A stretch of 64,000 nucleotides of DNA. Source: Gordius albopunctatus. Its lineage: Eukaryota. Position numbers and translations under genes: made by a program. Shown in pieces: positions 37,638-49,600 of the stretch. The stretch lies in contig OZ193909.1 of the NCBI GenBank assembly GCA_964276515.1, positions 18,662,001-18,726,000 of the forward strand, given 5' to 3'. Within the stretch, counting starts at the first letter, position 1, and every line of letters begins with the position of its first letter. The notes beneath the pieces are model-generated. The model searched no databases. It was not told the DNA's origin and saw nothing but the letters and a program-made list of their open reading frames with translations.

Positions 37638-40600
37638 TAGTGCTGTAAACATTTGTAAAAAAATCGAACGCGTTCGCGTTCAACGTTCATTGACAAAAAT
37701 CGAACGCGTTCACGTTCACGTTCGTTAAGAAAAAAAAGGAACGCGTTCACGTTCATGAACGCGTTCACGTTCGTTTAAAATTTTATGATAATTTTTTTAA
37801 AATTTAATTTAATATAAATAAATGTCTTATATTTTTTAATACAATAAATAATAGCCATGATAAAAAAATGATAGTTTTATTTCTACAATATAATTGTAAA
37901 TCAATATAATTATAATCTAATAGAGCGAATATAAAGGTTTTTTATTTATAAAAAATTTTTCTTATTGATTTTTAATAATAATTGTTTCTCAAAATTGTCG
38001 TCTGATAAGCAGGAACGCTTGGCAGTTAATACAGCATTAGCTATACTAAAAACCCGCTCCACAGGGGCAGATGAGGGGATTGGAGTATTATACTTAATAA
38101 ACAAATTTTTTAAAGGAGGAAATTTATTAAAAACATTTAATGTTTTGTCCCTCGCTTCAAAAAATTGCGACAAGATATCATCCTCTAATCCGCCCTCTAC
38201 TTCTTCGTCAAAAAAAATGATATCTCGGAATTGACAGCTCTTTCGTTATCAATTCTAGGGGTTTCAATCCCTTTTTTCAATAACACTAAAAGATTATTCT
38301 TTAAAGCTTCATTTTCTCGAAGTTTAATCCAAGGCCATTGAAGCTTGAACATTGGATGTATAATGGCCGAAAGAAGATATTGATCTTCATATATATGTTG
38401 AAATCTTTAAAAAAATAATATATATGTAATTAATTTGATAGTAATAGGTTTGTTACCTTTTTTTATTAATCCCATTTAATACAGCGTCAATCAATGGTTG
38501 ACCATATTTTAGGCTAGTAATTTTTTTTAATTTCAAAATAACTATTGTTATTGTTGGAGTCAAATAGCCCAAATGCATATTTTCCTCACTTTCTAAAATA
38601 GTAAGAGCGGTAGCAACAGGTTCCATGATCTATTTTAATATTTGAAATTTATTATAATATTTATCCTAAAAAATTTTATGAGGACTTACAGTACAGTATT
38701 CTTCCAAAAATATTTTATCATTGGTTGTAAGCCTTGCTAATCCTCCCATGTCGCATACTTTGTCAAATAAATGAGGTTTATCTTTTATTAATGAGTCTAT
38801 TACTTTTAAGGAATTATAATATGAATTCCATCTTGTAACAACAAGTCTTATAAGCATCCTTGATAAATTTTTCTTTACATCATCAGCAAATGATGTTGAC
38901 TGATTTTGCTTGTTCCATAAATTTTTGCATTTATCAAATGCACTTTTTAATATGTTTTTAAAAGATGGAATTTCTAGTGCCTTTTCAGCATCGACACTTG
39001 CCACTAAATTAAGATTGTGGCATGCACAAGAGTGATGTTTTGGTAGGTAAATAAAATTTTCCTGCCTACTTTGATATTGAAATATTTCATATAATGAAAA
39101 TGACACAATTTCATCTTCATCATCTTCAGATACTTTCTCAAATAACCTATAATTTGTTTAAAAATATAAAATGTAGATTATTTATTTATACCTAAAGGCC
39201 TTTAAAAAATTTCTTGCATTGTCAGTGACACATAATGCCACCTTGTTCTGTATCTTAAATCTTTTAAGAAGGTTTGAAATTGTTTCTGCTAAATAATCAA
39301 ATGTATGTTTGCTAGTTAGCCTTTGGCAAGCTAAACATGCTGATTTTCTTTCTAAAGTGACTACATCCAACCAGTGGACAGTCATGCCTAAAAATGAACT
39401 AATAATATTAAGAAATTGATTTCAAATTATGCACAAATTACCGATGGTATGATGACCATGAATCCGCTGTGATACAAAGAAAGGTTTGGTTGGCTAAACA
39501 AGTAATTATTTTATCTATCATGATGTTATAATTTTTGGATATTTTTGATATAAGCGTTGGGCGGGACATAACATTTTTATTAGGTTGTAAAGTGGTTATC
39601 ATTTTTAAAAATGAAGGTTTTTCAACTATATTAAATGGCTGTAGATCTTCTATCACAAAATTGATTATTACATCATCTATCTGTGATTGATTCACATATG
39701 AATATGAATCATTTTTGTTACAGTTTAGATTCTGTTGTTTGAATTTTTCCCATTTTACCTTTTTATTATTTTTATCAGAAGATTTTGAAAGATATTCATT
39801 TATTTCTTTTGTCATATTATCATGATGGTTCTATAAAAATAAAATACTATTATGCTATAGATGATATTAATAGATTTTTTAATATTTATATTCAAAGTTT
39901 TACATATCCTAGATACCTTATTTTTTGCAAAAATCTTATACTATTCCCTATTTTAAATATATTGACAAACAAAATTAGCTTCAATAAAATTACTAGTCTC
40001 CCTTCCATATCTATGCTAAGAATGGACTAATATTAATATTAAAGTGTCTTAAAGGTATTAAAATTTGTATCTAAGATATATACTTATATATATAATAATA
40101 TTATATTACCATAAGGTGTCTTTTTAGATTTGAGCTCGACCCTTTTGAAACAGATATCATACTTTTTGGACACATTTTACATTTGGTAATTATATTTGAT
40201 CCTTTATATGAAACGAGTGAAAAATATTTTTCATATTTTGGCCATGGCAATTTCAATTCATCTTCTGATTTTGAATATTCAGAATCTGAAGATGACGACG
40301 ATATAATAATATGATTGTCCATATTAACCTATAAATTAAACTATAATTAATAATATGAAATTAATTAACTTTAATCTTATCTTCTTTTGCACGTTATAGT
40401 ATGTTAAAAGTATTTCTGAATCGGTAATAGGAAACAAGAAAAACAGCTGATTAAAAAATATAAGACTTTTTTGTTTAAAAATTCAAATTAACATTATTTT
40501 TCAAATAAATAAAAATGAAGATTTTTAAAATTGAACGAACGTTAAATTCGAACGCGTTCATCAAAAAAGGAACGCGTTCACGTTCAAAGTTCACCAAAAA

Positions 40601-40688
40601 AAAAAAGAACGCCGTTCACGAACGCGTTCACAAAAATTGAACGCGTTCGCGAACGCGTTCAAATTGAACGCGTTCATTTACAGCACTA
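37638..40688 (-). mobile_element. hAT DNA transposon, full length (3051 bp)
   Basis: TIR tagtgctgtaaa / tttacagcacta, perfect 8-bp TSD atacatag (37630-37637, 40689-40696), arrays of palindromic gaacgcgttc at both ends. Confidence 0.96.
37946..40322 (-). CDS. hAT transposase with BED finger, 6 exons, one frameshift in an A8 run at 38210-38217
   Basis: Exons 40322-40110, 39830-39442, 39398-39192, 39146-38690, 38629-38457, 38404-37946. Motifs CKMC..NLKRHL, TADSW, VTDNA, CACH, TRWNS, SSAPVERVFS. Confidence 0.88.
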
Positions 40689-42725
40689 ATACATAGTAGT
40701 TATAACTTTTAGTAGTGTTAGGTATAGCAATATTATCCTCATATTCTGTTAAATATATAATGATAATAAAATAATAAAACAATAGGTATTCAATAAATGT
40801 TTATAATTTTAATATGTTATTTATAGCGTTAAATTATTCTTGTGTAGGGAAACAAATTACAGTTACCTTGGAAGAGATTTGGTTGTAATATGTACAAGGT
40901 GAAAATAGAAAGAATACACACACAGAATTAACTTTCATTTGAATGTTATCGTTATCTATTGCTATAGAAACTCGCCATTTTATAAGTTTCGCATCATTGT
41001 TATTTTTATCATTTAATAAATTATATTCATCCCCTCTCACTAAAAATGGTGACCCCGCTCTTTTTTCTCCCCAACAATCTCAAAGATTAATTATTTATCG
41101 CTCGCAAACAATAATTTGTTTTCTAAATATTATTCATTCAAATGAAAAATAAACAGGAATGTGAAGCAACTATACAGCTGAAAATACCCACATTTTATCG
41201 CAGAAATGTTAGAATTTGGCTGGCCTAGGCAGAGGCCGTATTTCAGGCAAGAAGAATTACCTCTGAAGAATTAAAATTTGGTTACATTCTTGAAACGTTA
41301 CCACCCTAAATCGCTAAAGAGGTAGAGGATTTAATCATTAATATCCCATCTGATCAAACATTTCAGAACCTCAAACAAGCACTTATCAAAAGGGTCGGCG
41401 ACTCAGATGAATCAAGATTAATGGAATTTTTAATGGCAGTGGATTTAGGGGATAGATCCCCATCTCAGCTTTTACGATACATGAAGAGTTTAGTGGAAAC
41501 ATACGATCTTGACCAAAAGATTCTATAGGAACTCTGGCTCAAAAAATTGCCTTGTGAACTTATTCCCATATTAGCCTCGTTTACTCAAGATACTGCACTG
41601 GAGAAATTGGCTGAAATAGCTGACCGCATCGTGCTGACCAAAAAAACTAATTATTTTAATAACATTCATAACCAAAAAAACATTCCACTGATGCATACCC
41701 TAAAGAACTAAAAGAGGTTTCATTTGCTCTAAATAGGACAGTAGAAAAAATAGGTCAACCCAAGACCCCTTTTCACCCATTTGGGATTTCGAACAACAGA
41801 CCATGGTGCTGGTATCATGACACCTGGGTATCAAACGCCAGGAAGTGTGCCCAACCATGTTATTTTGGAAAAGGGTTAAAAAGGCAGTCCTACCAGTAAA
41901 GGCGATAACTGGATCCGGCCATATCAACCATAATCGCCTTTTCTATGTGTTTGACAAAATATCAGGTTTACGTTATCTGATTGATACGGGAGCCCAAATC
42001 AGCGTAATTCCACCGACAACAAAAACGAAAGTAACATTAAATGAATTATGTTTAAAAGCAGCTAATTCGAGAAATATAAATACTTACGGGAAAATGTCGT
42101 TAACATTAGATATAGGGTTAAAAAGAGAATTTAAATGGACTTTTTTGATCGCAGATTTCACCGATATTAGTTTCAGATTTTATATCACACTTTGGTTTAA
42201 TAATTGATGTTAAAAATAAACGCATAATTAATCCACAAAATTATTCTCTAAAATTTCCTCAATGTTATCTATAAACAGCCCAATTCCACAGTATAATGAT
42301 TTTTACTCTATATTAAAAAAATTTCCGGATATTATAAAGCCACCAGATTTTACTGACAAAGTGAAACATAATAGCCAACACCATACAATAACAAAAGGAC
42401 AAGCGATACATTGTTCTCCACGACGTTTAAACCCCGAAAAATTTAAAATAGCAAAAAAAGAATTTGAAGAGATGAGTAGATTAAACATAATAAGACCCTC
42501 AGATAGTAAATGGTCATCCCCCTTCCACATGGTCCCAAAAGAGACCCCAGGGACATGGCGTCCATATGTAGATTTTAGAATGCTTAATTACGCAACAAAA
42601 CCTGATAGATACCCCATCCCACATCTACATGATTTCGCTTTAAATCTAACAGGCAAATGCATTTTTTCAAAGTTGGATTTAGTAAAAGCTTACCATCAAA
42701 TTTCGATGGCACCAGAAGACATCCC

Positions 42726-45700
42726 TGTAATATAGTGTTATTGATGATATTGTATTCCTAGTGTATATATACAATAGTTGTTGTGATTTTACATGTGTTA
42801 TCAATAAATACTATAAATGGCGCAGGTCAAAATAGAAGAATTCTCCGACCTAATGGAAATAGAGGACTGGATAATGGTACTAGAAAGTGCCATGGATATC
42901 AAAGGAGTTACGCTTGCGAACAAAAAAAAATATCTCATCACATTCCTTGGACTTCCGAATTTGAAAAGGTTAAAATATAAAATTTACCCTAAAAAAATAG
43001 AGGATAGCACTTATGAAGATTTAAAAAAAGAATTACTTTTGTTATTTGGAAGTAAAAACTCGATTTTTTTTTATAGATTACAATTCTTAAGGGCTAGGAG
43101 GAAAAATGAGTCAGTTGAAGATTTCTCACAAAAATTAAAGTCTTTGGTTATCTTGTGTGAGTATAAGGAAGAAGATGAGATGTTAAGGGATGGGTTTTTG
43201 TTAGGGTTAAATAATAGTAGATTAGAAAATGAAATAAGAATAAGATTTCCTGATGGTAAAGATGGAAATGAAAAGTTAAAATTTAAAACGGTATTTGAAT
43301 TGGCACTTAGCTTTGAGAGAGCCTCAAATGAAGTGGTAGATAAAGATAGAGATATAACACATGAAGAAATTAATAAAATTACAAAAGTTCATGATAATAA
43401 TAAAAACAACTATGCTGACCTAGTATGCTTTAATTGCAAAAAGAAAGGCCATTTAGCTAGATTTTGTTATTTTAATAAAAATAATAATCATTATCAATTC
43501 AAAAAGTATAATAATAATATTAATTGTGTTAAGGTGTATAAAACTAATAAAGCATTGGTTAAAGTGGTATTAAATGATAAAAATTATAATTTCGAGTTTG
43601 ACACTGCAGCTCAGGCTACTGTCATAGATAAGCAGACTTGGATGGAAATTGGTAAACCTGAGTTAAGGAATTGCCCAAGTATATTGAGTTATGGGAACTT
43701 TAGGGTCAAAACTTTGGGCAAGTGTTTAGCAAAAGCTCAAATTAACAATAAATGGTTAGAAATTCCTTTGTTAGTAGTTAATGAAGGGGATTTAATATTG
43801 GGATTACCAGAAATTTTAGAATTTGGATTTGAATTACCTAAAAACATTGTAATTAGACAGCTTAAATTAGAAAATTTGATCGAGCAGTTTCCTAAAGTGT
43901 TTTCAGAGAAATTAGGTGAAGTTAACAATTTTATGGTAAATTTGCATTTAAAAACCCCCTATAAGCCTATAAGTTTGCCACCAAGAAGGGTACCTTTTCC
44001 GATGAGGGAGGCCATCGAATCTGAGATTAAAAGACTTTTGGAAGAGCAAGTAATAGAAAAAGTCGAACTTAACACTGAAATTCCATGGTGTACCCCTACT
44101 GTCAATCGATTTAAGAAAAACAAATCCATTAGAATATGCGGGGACTTTAAGGCCACGTTAAATGATTACCTATGCGATATTGGGGATACCCTGCCTACCT
44201 TTGAGGATGTAACATCCAAGCTCCTCGGGGGCGATAAATTCACATGTATCGATTTGCGAGACGCTTTCTTACAATTAAGAATGTCTGAGCAAAGCGCAAA
44301 ACTACTTACCATTTCTACACACGTAGGATTATTCCGTTATCGTAGGCTGCCATTCGGAATAAAGGTGGCTCCATTGATTTTTCAAAGGTATATCACTAAT
44401 CTGTTAGCTGGAATTCCAAATACAGCGGTATTTATTGATGATATTATCATTACGGGACTTAATGATGAACAACATATTTCAAATATTAAAGAAGTATTAA
44501 AACGGTTTGGAGAGGTAGGAATTACCACAACACCAGACAAAATAAAATATCTGCAAGACTGGGTTGTTTATTTGGGCCACAAGATTAGTTCTAAAGGTAT
44601 TCAACCTACGGAGGAAAAAATTTTAGCTTTAAGGAATTGTAAAAGACCCACAAATAAATCTGAACTTAAAGGATTTTTAGGACTATTAACATATTTAGGC
44701 AAATTTATACCTATGTTACAACCACAATGTGTACCATTACACAACCTTTTAAAAAAAGAGGCCAAATGGGAATGGGGGAAAGAGGAAGAAGATTGTTTTG
44801 ACAAATTGAAAAACTTAATATCTAGTGAAGATACCGTTGTTCCATATTCGTTACGGAAGCCGTTAGTTCTGTATACGGACGCTTGTGAAGCAGGATTGGG
44901 AGCGGTGTTAATGCACGTGGAGTCGGATGGACAAGAAAGGCCTATTGCCTATACATCAAGGGTTTTAAGTCAAGCAGAAAAGGGATATTCCACTATTGAC
45001 AAGGTAGCTCTGGGTATTATTTACGCTGTCAATAAATTTCACCAATACATTTATGGGAGAACATTCACATTAAAAACAGATCATCGACCGTTACAATACA
45101 TTTTTGGTCGAGAGGGACACCATTATAATTGCAACTTACGATTACAAAGATGGAATACTAAATTAATGGCTTATGACTTTAAAATTGAGTATATTTCTGG
45201 AAAGACTAATCAAATCGCAGATACATTATCTCGACTACCTACCTTTGCAGAGAGTAATGAAGACATCCATATAAACATGATTGAAGATTTAAAGTTTTCC
45301 AGAAAAACGTTAGTGGAGGAAACAAGGAAAGATAGAAGGTTGAATGATGTTAGTGATTTGATTCGCTGTAATTGGAGCAAACCTATCAACGATGCAACCA
45401 TTCGAAGATCATTTTATCCGAAGAAAGATGAGTTATCTATTGAAAACGAATTAATATATTGGCAAAATCGGTTAATAGTTCCAGGGAAGTTGAACATGGT
45501 GGTGTTAGAAAATTTACATACCGGACACCCGGGAATATCTGGAATGATTGATTTAGCAAAATTTTATTGTTGGTGGCCTAAAATCAATGATGACATTGAA
45601 ATTTTTGTCCAAAGATGTAAAGGTTGTCAAGAAAATCGATCTAATATGTTAGAATCTCCCTTATATCAATGGCCTACAACAGAAGAACCAATGGATCGCG

Positions 45701-46621
45701 TCCACATTGATTTGGCAGGACCCATAAACGGCAAATATTGGTTGGTTTTAGTTGATTGTTATTCAAAATGGCCAGAAGTAAAAATCATAAATTCCTTACA
45801 CTCTACCGGAATTATCAAGGCGTTGCGCGAATGGTTTGCTCGATTGGGACTACCAAGAGTTTTAGTAAGCGATAACGGTAGTCAATTCTTGGGAGAGGAA
45901 TTCGCAATATTTATAAAAGCTAATGGTATTAGACATATTCGGACATCTCCATATCACCCAAAATCTAACGGATTGTGTGAAAGATTTATTCGGACACTAA
46001 AATCACGGTTTTACGCAGCCGCTAGGTATAATCAAGACGATGATAAACTTTTGGCTCAGGTACTCATGGCTTACAGATTGACACCTCATAATACTACAAG
46101 TGTAGCTCCTTGTGAATTAATGTTTAAAAGAAGAATCCGATCTTCTTTTGACCAACTGCGACGTTCGATCAAGGAAACGACTATCGACAATGTTTGGAAA
46201 CAAAAGTACTATCATGATAGGAAGGTTTCCGACCGTAATTTTCAGGAAGGGGATAAAGTATGGGTAAAAAATGAAAAAGAAAAGGGTTGGCACGAGGGAA
46301 TAATTGAACGTAAGAAGAATGATTGGTCCTACGATGTTTGGGCCGAAGGACGGATTAAGCGTAAACACACAGATCACTTACGGAAAGCCATAGACAACCT
46401 AAAGGAATCAATAGGGGCCGAGGAAGAGGAACCAATTGCAGGATTTAAACAAGACAATGTGCCGAGACCCCAACGACGTAGACAACCACCAAAAAGATTC
46501 GACGATGAATATTAATCTTATGGGGGAGTATTGTAATATAGTGTTATTGATGATATTGTATTCCTAGTGTATATATACAATAGTTGTTGTGATTTTACAT
46601 GTGTTATCAATAAATACTATA
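42726..46621 (+). mobile_element. Complete compact Mag-like Ty3/Gypsy retrotransposon (3896 bp)
   Basis: Identical 90-bp LTRs (42726-42815, 46532-46621), 5-bp TSD atccc, PBS tggcgcag, PPT gggggagta. Confidence 0.96.
42817..46515 (+). CDS. Gag-Pol polyprotein (CCHC, protease, RT, RNase H, integrase), 1232 aa
   Basis: CFNCKKKGHLARFC, FDTAA, RLPFG, FIDD, TDAC, HTGH..C..C, HIDL, SDNG, SNGLCER; single uninterrupted frame. Confidence 0.96.
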   Translation: MAQVKIEEFSDLMEIEDWIMVLESAMDIKGVTLANKKKYLITFLGLPNLKRLKYKIYPKKIEDSTYEDLKKELLLLFGSKNSIFFYRLQFLRARRKNESVEDFSQKLKSLVILCEYKEEDEMLRDGFLLGLNNSRLENEIRIRFPDGKDGNEKLKFKTVFELALSFERASNEVVDKDRDITHEEINKITKVHDNNKNNYADLVCFNCKKKGHLARFCYFNKNNNHYQFKKYNNNINCVKVYKTNKALVKVVLNDKNYNFEFDTAAQATVIDKQTWMEIGKPELRNCPSILSYGNFRVKTLGKCLAKAQINNKWLEIPLLVVNEGDLILGLPEILEFGFELPKNIVIRQLKLENLIEQFPKVFSEKLGEVNNFMVNLHLKTPYKPISLPPRRVPFPMREAIESEIKRLLEEQVIEKVELNTEIPWCTPTVNRFKKNKSIRICGDFKATLNDYLCDIGDTLPTFEDVTSKLLGGDKFTCIDLRDAFLQLRMSEQSAKLLTISTHVGLFRYRRLPFGIKVAPLIFQRYITNLLAGIPNTAVFIDDIIITGLNDEQHISNIKEVLKRFGEVGITTTPDKIKYLQDWVVYLGHKISSKGIQPTEEKILALRNCKRPTNKSELKGFLGLLTYLGKFIPMLQPQCVPLHNLLKKEAKWEWGKEEEDCFDKLKNLISSEDTVVPYSLRKPLVLYTDACEAGLGAVLMHVESDGQERPIAYTSRVLSQAEKGYSTIDKVALGIIYAVNKFHQYIYGRTFTLKTDHRPLQYIFGREGHHYNCNLRLQRWNTKLMAYDFKIEYISGKTNQIADTLSRLPTFAESNEDIHINMIEDLKFSRKTLVEETRKDRRLNDVSDLIRCNWSKPINDATIRRSFYPKKDELSIENELIYWQNRLIVPGKLNMVVLENLHTGHPGISGMIDLAKFYCWWPKINDDIEIFVQRCKGCQENRSNMLESPLYQWPTTEEPMDRVHIDLAGPINGKYWLVLVDCYSKWPEVKIINSLHSTGIIKALREWFARLGLPRVLVSDNGSQFLGEEFAIFIKANGIRHIRTSPYHPKSNGLCERFIRTLKSRFYAAARYNQDDDKLLAQVLMAYRLTPHNTTSVAPCELMFKRRIRSSFDQLRRSIKETTIDNVWKQKYYHDRKVSDRNFQEGDKVWVKNEKEKGWHEGIIERKKNDWSYDVWAEGRIKRKHTDHLRKAIDNLKESIGAEEEEPIAGFKQDNVPRPQRRRQPPKRFDDEY

Positions 46622-46626
46622 ATCCC

Positions 46627-49600
46627 TTATTATGATTATTATAACATAAACTAAATGATGCATACTTAAAAAATTCTGCATAATTCCAATTCAATGGATA
46701 GAAGAGATATTGTGTTACACCTAGAATTTTATTATCTTAATGGCATTCTTTAACATCTCATCATCACAGCATTTTGATTTGTTTAACAGACAAGCAAATT
46801 GAAGCCCTCAAACATTCATCACTAAACCAATTATGAACATTCATTTTAAACAAAAAATCATTCATCATTATATTAAACCAACAAAAAAATACAGAGAGAA
46901 AGTGATTGATCAAATCATCAGTATTGATTTTACTTCCAAACAACAATCATAAATCATGTGGAAGCATTAATCAACTTAACTATTATCAAAAGAAACTCCA
47001 TGTTTACAAACACTTTATAATGTTTCCATATCACAAAATGTAAGCAATGTATACCTTACAAGTTTTAATATGACCTTTGTTGAATCCTTTGAGCCTTTTT
47101 TTTCTCCAATATCATACAATTAATAACACTTTTCCCAGATACTCTTTTGTATTATTAAACTTACAAAATTCTTATAAATCAAACAGCTTTAAAATAATCC
47201 CAACTTTAATTTTAATTGTCCAATCTCATCAAGGTTTTTTTTTATTCCACATATGTTAATCTCTAAACCCCTATGCCCAACTTGTAAGCGACGAATATGC
47301 CTTGATAAACATAATTGTTTCTGGATTCATGGTCCAGTGTCTTCAAGATGCCCTTCTTCGGGCAAATTACCTCCACCCTGCTTACCAATTCCACCCCTGG
47401 CTTCTAACTTTGAAGAGGCTCCCCTATTGCCAATTCCTAGCCCCGTCATCCCCCCATCCTTACAATGCTCCCCATCAATTAATCAACCGCCTGACTCATC
47501 TTGGAGCAATTCTTTTTTAACAAACCCATTTCCTAATACTATCTCCAGAATCCCAAGAGGAGCCAGACCTTCCATCCAACAATCTCTGCTAAATATATTC
47601 ACTTCCATTATCAAAAACCCTTATAACTTAACCAATTGGGACAAACTTTTTAAATTCCCATATTATATCCTTTATGTTAGGGAACCTAATGAACATAATT
47701 TATCAAGCCTCATCAAGGAATCCCTTCTGTGTTTTAATACTGATGTTCCCATTACATGCACAAGTAAAACAAAACCCTTTCCACTGGAACCCACAATTAA
47801 CCAAACAGCCAAGCACATTTCAAATAAAATCCATAATTTCAATCCAAAAAGTGCCCTTAGAGCTTTTTATGATAACAACTCAATTGCCCCTTGTTGCCCT
47901 GACTCTTATAGGGAGCTTAATCAAAAACACCCAGCAGCATCATCAGCCAGTAGATACCCCACATCTCCATCATCAATAGTGCTCGAGTCTTCAGACATCC
48001 GTGAAGCCCTTAACTCCTTTCCTTTGGACTCCGCAGCCGGACTCGACGGATGGCGCCCAGTATATCTACAAGATTTACTCAACCTGAATAATTTAAATAC
48101 TGAACCTCTTTTAAATTCTATTACTTCCTTTTGTAATATCATTGTTAACGGAAAATTTCCTCATGAAATCATCCCTATTTTATTCGGTGCAAAACTTATC
48201 GCCATCAAAAAACCGGATAATTCAGTTAGACCCATCGCCATTGGAAGTCTTTTTCGCCGTATTATATCAAAAACCCTCTGCAAACTCATAAAACCCTCCT
48301 TATCCGCCAAGCTCCGCCCTCATCAACTCGGCTTCGGAATTAAAGGCGGATGTGAGGCAGCCAGTCATGCTGGCCGGATCACACTCCAAAATATTCCCAC
48401 CGAGTCCTGCTTTGTTAAATTAGATTTTGCCAATGCTTTTAACTGCATTCGAAGAGAAACCCTTATTAACACTTTTTTAGCTGAATTCCCACAATTCGTA
48501 AATTACATTTTATTAAGCTATGGTTCTACAACCAAGCTTCGATTCGGCGAATACGTCATTGACTCGTCCGAAGGCATCCAACAAGGAGACCCATTAGGTC
48601 CTCCTTTGTTTTGTTTAGCCATTCATAATTTAGTCGAGGCTATATCATCTCAGTGTATTCTGGATTTAAATGTTTGGTATCTCGACGACGCCACCCTATG
48701 TGGCCGCCCGGAGGAGATCAGTAAAGCTATACAAATTATCAACAATTTTAAACCCACTCTGAATCTTACATTAAACTCGAAAAAATGTGAAATATTTCAG
48801 GCCCCCAACACTATTGACTTTCCAATTTTTAAACCTTTTTTAGTTTTAGAGAAGGAAAACATATCCCTTTTGGGATCACCCATTGGCGGTGAAAAATCTC
48901 TCCTAAATTTTCTTCATAAGAACCTTGAAATTTTAAAATCTAAAACGGAACTTTTAAAATGCTTGCCAGCGCATCACTCATTTTACATAATCAAAAACTA
49001 TTTTAACATCTCAAAGATTAATCATTGTTTTCGCTCATCTGGCGCATTTTTACACCTAGACGTTTTAAAGTCGTACGAAGGCTTTTTAAAAACGTTATTA
49101 GAAAAAATTTTAAATTTAAAATTTAATACTAACAATTGGATTCAAGCATCCCTCCCAACCAAATCTGGAGGATTAGGAATTCGCCCTCCCGGCAGCATAT
49201 CGCTAGCCGCTTTTATTTCCTCTTTTAAGTCGGTCCAAAACTTAATTTTTAATCTCATAAAACATGATTCCGACCCCCTGCTAACTCAAGCCTTGGAGCT
49301 TTGGAATTTGAATGTCACACCCGAGACCATCCAACCTCAAAGTACGAGACAAAAGGATTGGGATTCTGGACTAGTATCGCGCTCCGTTGATTACCTCTTA
49401 TCGAGCAGCGATGATAGCCAGCATTACAACCTTAGGTCCCTCGCTTTTGACGGTTCCGGTCACGAGTGGCTTGAAGCCTATCCCAGCAAACTTTTGGGAA
49501 TGCTGCTTGAAGACTTTGAGCTATCATATTCCATAGCTTTAAGGTTGGGGATTAGTTACAGCAGAGAATTCAACTGTCAAAACTGCCTTACCGTTGTAGA

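Larger units (their letters stand above)
36879..40742 (-). pseudogene. Unknown putative secreted protein (256 aa reconstructed), interrupted by a hAT insertion
   Basis: Removing the hAT plus one TSD and the 34-nt intron 37355-37388 gives an open frame 40742-40689 + 37629-37389 + 37354-36879, starting MRIILLYLTLLKVITTMYQSSQVC (signal-peptide-like). Confidence 0.72.

Noticed and set aside
40530..40680. Palindromic gaacgcgttc cluster as a regulatory or CRISPR-like array
   Set aside because: Explained as hAT subterminal repeats mirrored at 37660-37775.
43737..46377. Antisense and overlapping short ORFs inside gag-pol (also inside 47253-50129, 56689-58653 and 61753-63972)
   Set aside because: Shadow frames of long coding sequences with no independent motifs.
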